From NCBI GenBank assembly GCA_964188305.1, contig OZ076885.1: 64,000 nt of DNA; one strand, 5' to 3'. Position 1 is the stretch's first letter. Each line of letters begins with the position of its first letter. The translations under genes and the position numbers were made by a program. Shown piece after piece: positions 37,964 through 50,239 of this stretch. The notes under the pieces were generated by a model, which saw only the letters and a program-made list of their open reading frames with translations, made no database searches and was not told the origin of the DNA. The DNA is from Podarcis bocagei. Taxonomy: Eukaryota.

Positions 37964-40900
37964 AAATGTGTGGTGCAAATGTAATTTATATATGGTTGAA
38001 AAGTGTTTTTTGTTCAAGTGGCTACAGGAGCTGAGCAACTGGGAGGAGGGAATTAGAGATACCTGTCCCCATGCTCGCCCCCTCCCCAGTCTGTCCTGGC
38101 ACTATCCATGGAACCTTAATTCACACATTCTGTGAGCTGTAATTAAGTGAAGGCATTATATATGGGAATCATGACATTTCCATTTCTGGAAAAGTTTCAC
38201 AGCACATCATACCCCGTTTCTTTTAATATTCCCACCTTCAAGTGGCTCCTATCTCAGGTTCAGGGTCTGTAAAAAAGGCAGGAGTAAGATGCAAAGAGCT
38301 TCAACAAAACTTGCTTCTGGGAATAAAGTGTAATAAGTTATATATGAAATGTTTTAGAGTTCACTATTTTCTAAATCTTCCCTCACCTTGTGTAGACAAA
38401 TCTTAACTTTTCCTGCACAATCAATACAAAAAGAAGAAGGCATCCCATATTTCAGCTTCTGGGAACAATCCCCCACCTTCCAATATGAGCAGTCTTTTCA
38501 ATATTTATACCAAGCCAGCCATTATTAAATCACTGGTAAAAAAAGAATAAGAAATCTGCTGTAGTTTCATCATATAAAACGGCACAGACATTCATCTTAT
38601 AAAATTGCCTCACGGAGACTGATGAACAGTGCTTCTTTGGGGCATATAAGGATCTGAATCTTTTTCCTAGCCTAAGGTGCTGATGACGCATTCGGTTGCT
38701 AAGTTATGCAGTTTGGTTCCCCCCCCCCCCTCACAGAACCTGCGGTTAAGCATTATGCTTAGTATGTGTGGTGATGTTATTACTTTTTCTGCTTTAAAAA
38801 ACCTCCCCCCAAATCGCCTGCAGAATGCTTTGGTGAAACAGAAGGACTGTTTTGCTGCACACTTTTCTGATCTTGCAGCTCCTCCGAAGCATTTGCTCTT
38901 GCCTTGCTTTCTCATTTTGATTCCATAGTTTGTTTAATTGATTTTAAAGAGGTGAACTGAAATGGAATAACTTGGAATATATTTGTGTGTTCACTTTACC
39001 AGCACCTCACCTGGCACTGCTGTCCTCTAAAGCCAGATCTTTATCACCATTGTGATAACTGCACAAGTAGAATAGCCATCACACACCAAGCTGGCTAAAA
39101 TCAAACCATTTGAATAAGCACTAGCGATTCCAAATGTAGCACCCTCTAGATGTTTTGAACTACAACTCCCAGGTGCCTCAGCCAGCATGGCCAATGGCCA
39201 TAGATGATGCAAGCTGCTGTCCAACAGCATCTGGAGGGCCACAGTTTGGGTAAGGTTGTCCTAAGCCATAGATCACACCCTTAGCCACAAAAGTGCGTCA
39301 GCTCTTCATCATTCCTGACACTAGAGATATGCACATATAATTTCCAGCTCTTCCTCTTGACCTTGTGTTCCTTCTGTAGCCCACATTCCCTTTCCACCCA
39401 GGTATTTGGATTTTGGAAGCTTCAGAAGATAGCATACTTCATTTCATTCTGTTTTAGTGGGTCCGAAATGCAAATAGTGGGATTTGATTCCCACCCCCAC
39501 CCCTTCTGCTATGTAATTGCTTCTGGGCAGGTGAAATTGGAAGGATCAAACAGAAATAGTTTCCTGCAATGGTGGGCTGAAAGCACAAGAAATGAGAAAC
39601 TGTTATTAATTGCTGCAGAAAGTGGCAGAAAGAGAAATAAATTTTGTATATTTCTTCGAAGGAAAAAGAAATCATTTCTCCCCCCCCCCCAGAGTCTTTA
39701 ATTTCATCTACCTTAAATATATTGTTCATGCAGGTAGAAAACTCTGCTTTCTGAATGTATATTGGACAGAAAATTATATTCAAGAATCTTTATAGTTCCT
39801 GAAATATGACATCCTTTTACTCCACCACACCCTAACAGTAAGGGTCATAATTCACTCAGAAAAAATGATAGCTGGCACCTGTCTTAAAGTTGTTCAGTGA
39901 TTGCATGAGAATTAAAATAAAATTATCTTCTCACCAAAGGAGTTAGCAATTGCTGCAGGCTAAGGCTGAGCAGGAATTAACAATGAATCCTGCATCTGGA
40001 GAATCGCTACACTTTTCAGTGAAATTAGTAACTTCCTTGCAAATTAAATTAATTGCACCAGATATGAAATCTTTATTGGGGGGGGAGAACACTACACACA
40101 CACACTCCCTGTGGAGAATTAAAAATAAATAACAGACTGGCCATTGGAACCTTTCTGCATGCTTCCCCACTGCCATCTTTGGGGTTTTTATTGTCTAACT
40201 CCATCATCAGCAAACAATCATAGGACAAGGCATGACATAACGACCTACTGCACCATCAGTACATCTTAATCCAGGGAATCACACTTCCATGTCAGAAGAT
40301 ACATTGGTGCCAGTTCCTCCTCAGACCAATGGTCCATCAAATATGATGACTTCTGTTGTTGTTGTTTTATGATGGTCCAGTTTGGATGCATGAGAAAGCA
40401 CACAACAGCACAGATGTCTAACCGAGCACTTCTTTCCATGACGTTTGTTGTATCCAGCCACTTAAAGCATAGGGACACCTTCATCAATACAGCATGGTGC
40501 GCATTGTCCATGAATTTGTCCAGTTCTATCTCCAAAACAACTTCTAAAAAAACCCAGAAAGCAAAATAATAAAATAGCACTTCATTTTTCAGCATTAAAG
40601 AGTGTGTTTATTTTACAAATTTATAAACTTCACAGTCTGAAGCCACTGAAGGGGTGTTAATACACCATAAAAACATACAAAAAAATGCAAGTTCTGAAAA
40701 GAAAAGTGTATTCCCAGTTCCTCATCCCCTTGATTTGCATAGATCTCATAAATTTTGGAAGTTTCCAGTGTTGTACTTGAGCAATAATGCTGGGTCTTTT
40801 TTTAAAAAAATGGTTCTGTGCCTTCAGATAGAAAACAAATAGGATGCGTCGTATGCAATTAAGGACCCATTCTGAAAAGCATGGGTCTGAATGGTTTTTC

Positions 40901-41656
40901 GCTTGACTTATGATTTCTAGACATGGATCCGAGCAGTTATGCCTTTGCCTCATCACTTTCCTCTGGAAAACCCACCCACTCTTTAGTGATAAATCAGAAC
41001 AAATGGCAATCCACAGAAAACCTAATTGCTTTTTGTTCCAATTCAATGCTAAATACCTGGTTTCCCAAGGGGGAAGTGGTGGGGGAAACAGAGGTGCGGA
41101 TGAGCCCTAAGTTACACTCAGAGGAGACCCACTTAAATTAATGGACCTAAGTTTCCCATGTCTATTAATTTCAATGGGTCTCTGATCTAGAGAAATAGCA
41201 AAGAGGCCTCTCTTCCTCCTTTGTTGACTGAAAATATACACCAAAGAAATAAATCAAGAGGATCGACAAATTCAGGTGATACGGAGTAAGAGGACTGCCA
41301 CTGACAATATACTACCATGTCCATTTTATTTCACTCTGTGCTACTTTTATTTACTTTATTTTATTCTTTTTCACTGGATTAGACACATCTAGAAAATGGA
41401 TTCTATGTGCTTCTTCTCTTGGTTTCTTCATGCCAGCCATTGGTCATAATAATAAAGATTTGATTCAAATCAATTTTAGATGTGTGAACAACATTGCAAC
41501 AATAATTTTTTTTAAAAAAATTGTATATAAGGTGCCATTTCATTTGATACAACAATACTATTTCATCAGCCAGCAGAGGTTTCCTGCTCACCCAACCTCT
41601 CCTATCCCTGGAGCTCAGCAGCGCACCTTTCTCTCTCCACAAAGGAAATTTAAGGA

Positions 41657-41775
41657 GATAGGAAGCTGCCTCATAGGAGCTTCATGCTATTTGCCCCCAT
41701 CTTGCTGAGAATTGTCTTCTCTGGCAGGCAGCAGCTCTCCAGAGTTTCAGGCAGAGGACTGACTTATCTCCAGCT
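41657..41775 (-). mobile_element. 3' half of tRNA-Ala-type SINE
   Basis: ataggaagctgcct...ggcagcagctctccagagtttcagg is antiparallel to 61600-61708. Confidence 0.65.
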
Positions 41776-42054
41776 TTAAGAGGTATTTTGGTGTTATTAC
41801 AGCCTATTTTAAGCTGCCCTGAGAATCAGTCAGTTGAAAGGGAAAGTTTGAAACTTCAAAATAAAGAAATAAAGGGGATATGCCAGCAAACCAGAGACAC
41901 CCGGCTCATTTTGTCCACGAAGCCTTTTGTCTACAACCCCAACTGGAAAAAAACCAAAGTATGAATATGAAAGTGCCTGCTTGCTTCCATTCAAGCTCTT
42001 TTACTATAAATCTCTGCAAGGGAGAGAATTCTCCCATGTCAGAGAATTCTCCCA

Positions 42055-42454
42055 TGAATCTGTCCATTTCAGTTTCTCTGTTTTCCGTGATTAAGTTCAG
42101 TTCTCTACATTTCCACACCAGTTTGTGATTTTTTAAGAAAAAAGTCTGCATGGAAATCCAGCAACATTTTAGTGTGATTTTTTTTCCTGATAAGCACATC
42201 TTTGTGTGCCATTTTGCCTAATGTACACCCCTTATATAACACAATTTCCACTAATATCTGAATTTTTATGCTCACTTTACCCTACTATACGCATTTTGGT
42301 ACACATTATTTGGCTGGAGAACTGCAGTACAAAATCCAGACAAGTGCAAGTTTTCAAGGGTAGCTGTGTTTTGGTTCTCATGCTCTTTTGGAAAGTGTGA
42401 ATTAGGCAGATTTTCCTATGAATGTGAACTAAATCGAGTTTCTCCCTGCTTCCT
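42055..42454. mobile_element. AT-rich MITE, copy 3
   Basis: Homologous to 29-435 and 30474-31120; preceded by a 16-bp tandem duplication agagaattctcccatg. Confidence 0.7.
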
Positions 42455-42897
42455 AATGCCAGGTATGTGTGCACAACATTGCAAGCTCCATATTTTCTGT
42501 GTGGTCCTCCGGCATTCTCTCCCTGGCCCCCTTTTGCCTTCTGTGGATTATTGGCAACACTCCACAGAGGTGCTTAAACTGGTGAAGAACAATATTATCC
42601 TCATAAAAAGAGGCAAAGCTTGGTTTATAGCAGTGAGTAATCCAATAAAATAGTGAAAGAAAAGCAACAGGCAGGCTCAGCAAATGAAAGCAATGCTTCA
42701 GATTTCTTTCCCCTTAATCGCTGGAATGATGCTGTCATAACACAGCACCCCAAACGTGTCATGCTCAGTAGCAGCAGCAGCAGCAGCAGCCATGGCATGC
42801 CAACAAAGCGTGGTGTGCATCTTTACAGACATCAGGTCATCCTTAATTAAAGCTGGGTAAACCAATTTTGCACTGTTAGTTTGGCAGGAAGCAAAAC

Positions 42898-42903
<6 letters not shown>

Positions 42904-42941
<38 letters not shown>

Positions 42942-42972
42942 GTGTGTGTGTGTGTGTGTGGTGTGTGTGTGT
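42904..42972. repeat. compound (CT)n(GT)n microsatellite
   Basis: Direct reading. Confidence 0.95.
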
Positions 42973-43595
42973 TTATAAAAAGAACAGAACTTATAGCAAA
43001 TCATTTATATATATATAAAAAATGAATTTACATTTGGCAAAGGGGAAAGAGAGTATGACATCAGGAAGAACTGAGTATTGTCTAGTAGGGGCGTGTGTTT
43101 CAAAAGCAGACAAGTACTCAAGGGATCAGATGATCAGCTGGTGTGAACTTGCTGGTATTAAAATGGAAGCTGCATTGATTTGCAGCCATATAAATATTTT
43201 GGGCTCTTGTTGTAATGCATTTCAGGCTGGAATTTCACTGCCAACCATTTTCTACCCTTTTTTGTGTGTGTGTGCCACGCAGCTTGCCATGCTTTTCTTG
43301 CAATTCTGTGGTTTGTTAGTTAAGAAAGTATATTGTGTGTGCACATAGATGTACATACCTGTCCTTACTGGAATGTTTTTGTTTTTTTAAAAAAAGCAAG
43401 TAAATACTCCCTAGACGTCTCACTCATAATGTATGTAAATGAAATCAAGTAGTCATAAAATGATGGTACAGTGTTCTTTCTTTAAATTTTTGTCTTTCAG
43501 TTATGCTGTGTGGATAAACAGCAATGTTTTACAGTTTGTTCATTTTTGGGGGGAGAAAACTTGGATAGGATTAATGCTATTTTGAAATGCCCCCC

Positions 43596-43597
<2 letters not shown>

Positions 43598-43636
<39 letters not shown>
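43598..43636. repeat. (CA)n microsatellite
   Basis: Direct reading. Confidence 0.95.
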
Positions 43637-43639
<3 letters not shown>

Positions 43640-43894
43640 TTTCCAACAAATGTAGACTTTTTCTGCAAAGAACAGAGCAATATAATGTTTGGTCCCAAAT
43701 TGCAATGCTGGACTTCATCCAGAAATCTATTCTTTCATTTTAAGAATCCTGTGTTTGCAAATTAACATTTCCTATAGAAAGAAATACAAAAGCCACGGTT
43801 TTCCTTTAGTCCTGAATATGTCCAGAGCATTGCCAGAAATAATGCTCTACTCATATTCATGACTAAAGGGAAATCATGGCTTTTGGAGAGTTTT

Positions 43895-44580
43895 ATGACA
43901 GGTCTTTTTACGGATCAGTAAGTGGTTAAGAAATGGGAAGCAGACAGTAGAAATAAATGGAGGGCTCCCAACGGAGGGCTGTAGAAAGTGAAGTGCCCCA
44001 AGGATTGGCATTGGGACCAGTGTTTGTTAATTTGTTCATTAACGATCTAGAGTTCAGGGTGAGCAGTGAAGTAGCCATGTTTTCTGATGGTACTGAATTG
44101 TTCAGGGTGGTTTTGAGAAAAGAATTTAGAGAAACCGCGAAAATATCTGCCTCAAATTGGATCAATGCGCAGTCAAATGCCACATGCAGTTCAATGTAAG
44201 CCAGTGTCAATGATGCACACTGAGTCAAGAAATGTCCTAATTTCACTTACACAATAACAAGGTCTGAGCTGGAAGTGATTATCCAGCAGCAAGACCTCGA
44301 GGTCGTAATGAATAGCTCCGTGAAGATCTTGACCCAGTCCATGGCAGCTGTGAAAAGGGCAATTTGCACGTTAGGATAATTAGGAAAAGGATTGAAAATA
44401 AGTAGTATCATTCTACTAATCTATGGTGTGACTACATTTGGAATACTGTGTACAGTCACCTCACCTCAGGTAGATATTGTAGAGATGGAAAAGGTTCTGA
44501 AGACGGTAACCAAAATGATCAATGGGTTGGAACGTATGGGGCTCTTTAGTTTAGAACAAAGGTGAGTAAGGGGGGAATTG
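43895..44580 (+). pseudogene. CR1 ORF2 reverse-transcriptase fragment, degraded
   Basis: ORF 43957-44199: EVPQGLALGPVFVNLFINDLE..SEVAMFSDGTELFRVV corresponds to CR1 GVPQGSVLGPxLFNxFINDL / FADDTKL. Downstream HLEYCVQ and GLFSLE motifs are present. Confidence 0.9.
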
Positions 44581-44985
44581 ATAATAATAATAATAAATTA
44601 TTATTTATATCCCACCCTTCCCAGTTCAGAAAACCGGGCTCAGGGCGGCTAACAACAAATTTAAAACACAACAAAAAACAGCATAAAATACAGCATAAAA
44701 GCTTGAATAACAATAAATTCAAAGTTCAAAAATTCAGTTTGGGGGGAAATCCATCCAATAAACATTAGATGGTCACCAGGGCTAGCTGGCTGAATTAGTC
44801 CTTTTTGGGCCAGCGAGGAGGCCAGGGGAGAATTAGCTGTGGGGTCCCAGAGCGGGTAATCTTCATAAAAAGGGGAGGGGAGGGAAGAGAGGGGAATAAA
44901 AGACCAGGCTAAATTCAAATTGAAAACCAGGCAGAATAGCTTTGTCTTACAGGCCCTTTGGAAGGAGGTTAAATCCTGCAGGGCG
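44581..44985 (-). mobile_element. L2-clade LINE 3' fragment with (AAT)n tail
   Basis: Minus strand reads ALQDLTSFQRACKTKLF (L2-type FxxxxKTxLF end), then a UTR ending gggatataaat(aat)n. Confidence 0.75.
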
Positions 44986-45191
44986 CTCCAGATGTTGCTG
45001 GACTACAACTCTCATTAGCCTGAGTTAATATGGTGAATAGTCAAGGCTGCTGGGAGTTGCAGTCCAACCAAGGGCACCATTTTGGCTACCCTGGGTATAA
45101 ATGATGCAGGGATGACTGGTTAAAAAACTCCACACCCTTAGCCCTGCTACTCCAGTTGAATCTCATCCCTGTCGGACTTACTTTTGAGCAA

Positions 45192-45985
45192 AGCCTCTCC
45201 TCCTTCCGAAGGGGAGGGATTGTGAGTGGGAGACGATTCCCGTGTCACACAGGGGGCATTATGCCCCCTGACCTCTCATCATCACTGGTGTGCCACGCCT
45301 CCCAGTTGTGCACCCAATCGGGTGCCACCGCGGGGGCATGGTTTAGCCGCTCAAATGCAGCCGCGCCAGCTCTCCCCGCCATTGTGCTTCAGATTTTCCA
45401 CGAGTCACCCACCCACCACTCCCTTTAGGGTGTAGCTTCTTGCCCAACCTTGTTATGGGCCCATGGTTGGTCGCCCTGGTTGCCTAGGGGGCCTGGTAGG
45501 AGTTTTTTTCCAATTGGCAAATTGGCACCGGCCTCTTGGTTTTTTTCATCTACCTCGTAGCAATCGCCACAACCTTCTTGGTATTTGGCAGTTAGGCATT
45601 GGAATGTGTTGTTGGTGTATGGAAGGGCAAGGTGTGGCCATTGCCTACCCCGTCATTTATAGGTATTCCGTTAAAGGAATCCGGCGGTCGTGGATCCTGT
45701 CCAATGCCCTGTGTGGTGGGGGGCCATGGCACGACCCTCGGTGACATCAGGGGAGAGCTCATAGTTGTATTTGCATCAACAGGCTCCCCCTACTGGTGGT
45801 TAACCCCTCATCAAACTCACTCCTCTCCGAGTGGGTGGAGTCAAATTTGCTGTGGTCCAATGCCTAAGCCAATACCTTCTCACATGCTGTAATCAATAAA
45901 GTTGTGGCCTTTTCGTGCTCATTAACCTAATATACTGTGTCCACGTGTTTTCATTCCCCAAGTGGGGATCGGGTCCTCGAATCAC
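45192..45985 (+). mobile_element. ~790-bp AA-bounded non-coding element, copy A (possible Ngaro/DIRS-type solo or non-autonomous element)
   Basis: Colinear end to end with 54739-55521. Same termini agcctctcctccttcc ... ggtcctcgaatcac, AA on both sides, aataaa at 45895-45900. Superfamily is inferred. Confidence 0.8.
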
Positions 45986-47911
45986 AAGCATGTGTTAGTG
46001 CACATCCCTCTGCCATTGCCACATCCTCACCTGGTTTGTATGTTGTTGTTTTTTTAAAAAATCCCCTGATCCAAGCGGTCAAAATAAATTACTTTGGCAG
46101 TCTGTCCCATGAACTGCTTGGGGATTCAAACCAGGATGAAAAAGAATACAGCCGCTGCCTATAGAAATTCAAACAAAGAAACTGCAGTTCCCAATTAGTC
46201 CTTAGCATAATTGCCAATGCTGTTCAAGTTGTAACAGGTACACAGGGGATAGACTGCTCGGTGCTATTATTTTATGCTCCTCTTGCTGCACTTACTTTCA
46301 CAACAGCATTCTTTTTCTGTACATCAGGGCCAACATAACCACTGTTTCATTCCAATTTGCTGGTGTCAAGTGGACATGCTTTCATAATTAGGAGGTGTTT
46401 CATCAATATTGAATTTCCGTTGTTGTGTTTTTTAAAAAAAAAATATTGAAGATTTTCTTGGTTGACAGAAGTACATGCCTTGTCTCTTTTTTCAGGTTGT
46501 ACAGTCTTTCTTACAAATCAGTTACATTTGTTGTGAAACATCAGTGTTGAGTACAGTATAAGGTTGGGGAAGAAGAGGAGGGAGAGGAGGAGTGGTGAGG
46601 CTTATATCCTTTTGTATAGTGTACATGTGGGGTTCTGTGTCAGCGTCAACTGGGTAGGTTCTCTTTCTATTCGTTTATTACATTTTCTTGGTGGTGAAAG
46701 GTATTGTGGGGCAGGGTGTGGCTAGTTATCTGTGGTTGGCTGCAGTGGGATTTGCTTGCATTTGTGTGTGTGTGGGGGGGGGCTTGTTGGGTCAGGTAAG
46801 CCAGATTGATTCATATGCTGCTGTCAGTGGATTCTTGTTGTTGTCTTGTTGGGCTGTGTATGTGATAAAGGGGAGCCATTCTATTTGTCCCCACGTCAGT
46901 TTCAGTTTATTGGTTAAGTTTCCCATACAATTTGATACCATTGGTCCATGTTTACTCCTGGCAGCTCTCTCTAGTGTCTGGATATGAGGCTTCTGAGAGG
47001 ACACGGGTTATAAGCTCTTTATAATGTGAGTGGTCATTATTATCTTGGAAGATGTTCAGTAGCTGTCAGTTCTGGGGTGAGTTCTAATACCTGTTTAGTT
47101 ATTTTGCATATCTCTTGTAGGACTGCTGTCCAGAAGGGTTGGATTTGGGGACATTCCCACCACATGTGGTGCAACCTCTCCAACATCTTGGTGGGGTTTC
47201 TGGGTGTATCAGTGCCAGTTTCCATGGTGTTAAGTACTACCTGTAGGTGAGTTTCAGAGTGAGTTCCCTTCTTTGGGCTGATATCGACTTAAAGGGAGGT
47301 TTAGACCACATTCTGATCCATTGGGTGGGGTTCATTTCATAGCCTATGTCGTGCTCCCATTGTTCTTTGATTGTGTCAAGGGTGTTTGTAGGATTTTGGA
47401 GCATGTAGTTGATGGTGTGTTAGCCAAGGTATTTGCGTGTCCCCTAGTTTGTCTTGCATTTCTTGTGTTGGTATGGGTTTGTTGTTTTTGTAGACGCCTT
47501 TTAGACAGTGTAGGCCTTTGGCTTGCCAGGTTTTTATCTGAAGGTTTTGTGCTGCGTGTTGAAATAGTGGGTGATAGGCAAGAGGAGTTAGTGGGGATGG
47601 GGATAGTTTGCCTACTTTTCCCTTCCAGTGTAAACCTGTTCAGTGTTGTGGGGATTTTCTTTAGTTTGCTTTAGAGAAATGGGTATGTTGTTGTGGGGAT
47701 ATTTTTGATGGTATCTATTGTTTCGTCTCGTCTTCTAGAATATATGGGATTATGTGGCGTAATTGGTCGGTGATGTAATATAATTCTATGTTGGGGATTC
47801 ACCATCCTTCTGAGGAGGGGAGTGCAGGTATTTGGGGCTTAATCATGGCTTTTTTGTGGGAAAATAAACAAGTGTAGTTTTTTTCCTGCCACTTCTGCAG
47901 TTGGGTTAGAG

Positions 47912-48189
47912 CAGGGGTCTGCAACCCGCGGCTCCGGAGCCGCATGTGGCTCTTTTACACCTTTGCCGCGGCTCCGTGGTGGATGCTAGCGAGGGGAGGA
48001 GGCGCATTGTGCGCCCCGACACTCCCCACTGTGGCGGGCGCTGTACTGGCTGTGACATCGCATGGGGGCGGTGCGTGCATTAGTCACGCACCGTCCCGAC
48101 GTCACCTTCCCGGTTTTGCGGCTCCCAGTTTTTTTTCTTCGGAAACGTGTCCAAGTGGCTCTTTTTGTCTTAAAGGTTGCAGACCCCTG
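47912..48189. mobile_element. young hAT (Charlie-like) MITE nested in L1
   Basis: Perfect 15-bp TIR caggggtctgcaacc; perfect 8-bp TSD ggttagag (47904-47911, 48190-48197); CpG-rich. Confidence 0.96.
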
Positions 48190-48730
48190 GGTTAGAGGAA
48201 TCCAGATTGGGATGGCATGGAATAAATAGGTTAGTTTTAGGAGGGTGATCATTTTGATCATGGCTATTTTGTCTGAGAGGGTGCAGTTGGTGTTGTTCCA
48301 GTTCCTCAAGTCTCTGTTGATTTGTTGCCACAGGGGCTTGTAATTGTAGAGGCATAGTTTGTTGAGGTTTCTTGTTATTTGAACCTCTAGGTACCTGAAT
48401 TTGGTGCGGCAGAGTGATGTTGGTGAATTCCTTTTGAGATGCAGACGGGGGGGGGGAGTGTTGAAGCACATTGCCTCAGATTTTGCAAAGTTTACTTGTA
48501 GGCCTGACCCCATTGCAGATGTGTTGAGTTCTTTAGTTAGGGTGGTTGTTGTGTTTATGGCGTCTGGTGTTGTGAACATCAGGTCATCTGCAAAGAGCCC
48601 TAGTTTGTAGGTTTTACCTTTTATTTCCACACCCTTGATATTTGGGGCTGCTTGGAGTCGGATTGCTAGGGGTTTTAGGGCCAAGTTGAATAGAAAGAGG
48701 GCATCCTTGTTTTGTGCCTCTTTGTATTGC

Positions 48731-48770
48731 TATAGTATAGTATAGTATAGTATAGTATAGTATAGTATAG
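48731..48770. repeat. (TAGTA)n pentanucleotide microsatellite inside the L1 RT domain
   Basis: Direct reading. Confidence 0.95.
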
Positions 48771-49997
48771 TCCATATTGTTAATTCTGCATTTTGCTGAG
48801 GCTTGGGAGTAAATTTGTTTGAGGGTTTGTAGGAAGTTGGGGCCAAAGTTCATGTTAGTTAATACTGCTAATAGATATTTCCATTCTAAGCAATCAAAGG
48901 CTTTAAGGATGTCTAGGGACATGATTGTCAGCGGGAGTTTGATTGTTTTGCTGTGTTCTGTCAGATTCAGTAGTTCTGTCAGATTCAGTAGATTCCTAAT
49001 GGGGTCTGTTATGTTACAACTGGGGCAAAGCCTGCCTGGTCCAGGGCGATTCGTTTGTGTAGGAAGATTTTTAGGTGGTTAGCCAGGATTGATGTGAATA
49101 TCTTGTAGTCTTGATTTGTCGATGAGATTGGGCAGTATGATTCTATCTTTGAGTGGTTTGGGAATAGAGACTATTTTGGAAAAGGTCTAGGTTTTGGGGA
49201 TGGGCTCCCCTTTTATGCTGTCATTTCATGGGTGGGTCATATAAGACATCAGGGGTTCTTTGAATCTGTTGTAGAATTCTGCTGTATATCCATCCGGGCC
49301 TGGGGCTTTGTGTGGTTTCAGGTTTTTGAGTACCGTCTCTGTTTAACTTAGTGTAGGCATAGTGCCATCTTCTTTGCATTTTCAAAAAGGCCTTAGATTG
49401 CAGCCTTACTTTACAATAAAGTCCAGTAAAATCAGTGGGACTTACTTTAGATTAAGTGTGTACAGGATTCTACTGTTGACGTTCTTCTCTTTAACTTTTA
49501 ATGGATGCAGCATGTTCAGCTGATGATTTCAGCAAGCACTCTGACACATCTTCAAGAACTTCATGTGGGATAATACCTGATTGAGATGGCTAGCCACATG
49601 TAAGTACCACTTGGACTCATTCGTCCCAATGCTTACAGTTATTTGGTCTTGAATTTCATCCCCCAGTATGTTTCCTATTTTCTCCTTGTTGCACAGCCCT
49701 GCAGAAATGCTTCAAAGTCTACCACTGACTTAAGTGATCTCAAATAATTTCAGTATGTTGTTTATTTACCTCTGCTCGGAGTTATTAGCTGCATTGTAAT
49801 TGTATTGTGATTTTAATTGTACGTTATTTTTAAACTTTTGTACATCCCCTTGAGACAGAGATGGGCAGTGGTAGATGACATGTATCAGTTAATTAATTTG
49901 TGTCATCTGCATAAATTGCCACATGGCTGGTCATCTTATTATTATTGACCAGCAATTTGGCCATCCATGTATCAGGCGGTAAATATGGAAGAAGATA

Positions 49998-50239
49998 CAG
50001 TGGTACCTCAGGTTAAATACTTAATTCGTTCTGGAGGTCCGTTCTTAACCTGAAACTGTTCTTAACCTGAAGCACCACCTTAGCTAATGGAGCCTCCTGC
50101 TGCTGCCGCGCCGCCGGAGCACGATTTCTGTTCTCATCCTGAAGCAAAGTCCTTAACCTGAAGCACTATTTCTGGGTTAGCGGAGTCTGTAACCTGAAGT
50201 GTATGTAACCTGAAGTGTATGTAACCTGAGGTACCACTG
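49998..50239. mobile_element. Tc1/mariner (pogo/Tigger-like) MITE, copy 2
   Basis: TIR cagtggtacctcaggtta / taacctgaggtaccactg; TA TSD. Confidence 0.94.

Larger units (their letters stand above)
46430..49345 (-). pseudogene. L1-clade LINE, 5'-truncated ORF2 (RT plus C-terminal region) and 3' UTR
   Basis: Minus-strand peptides KAPGPDGYTAEFY (~49275-49310), SLDILKAFDCLEWKYL, RGTKQGCPLS, KLGLFADDL and HMWWECPQIQPFW. Frameshifted and interrupted by a (TAGTA)n tract and a MITE. Confidence 0.93.

Noticed and set aside
45192-45985. Hammerhead ribozyme (retrozyme) in the AA-bounded element
   Set aside because: No CTGANGA...GAAA core shared by both copies was found by eye on either strand.
45185-45986. 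Classical TG...CA solo LTR reading of the 790-bp element
   Set aside because: A TG occurs 7 bp upstream of the start in both copies, but the next bases differ (agc vs ttt) and appear to belong to the host repeats. No 4-6 bp TSD exists at those boundaries. Not fully excluded with only two copies.
47986-48684. 232-aa ORF as a novel RT fusion
   Set aside because: It is an L1 ORF2 fragment whose last ~67 residues are chance read-through into the inserted hAT MITE; upstream RT motifs are frameshifted.
49998-50239. CRISPR-like recurring taacctgaa motif
   Set aside because: Irregularly spaced internal repeats of a TA-flanked mariner-type MITE in a eukaryote.
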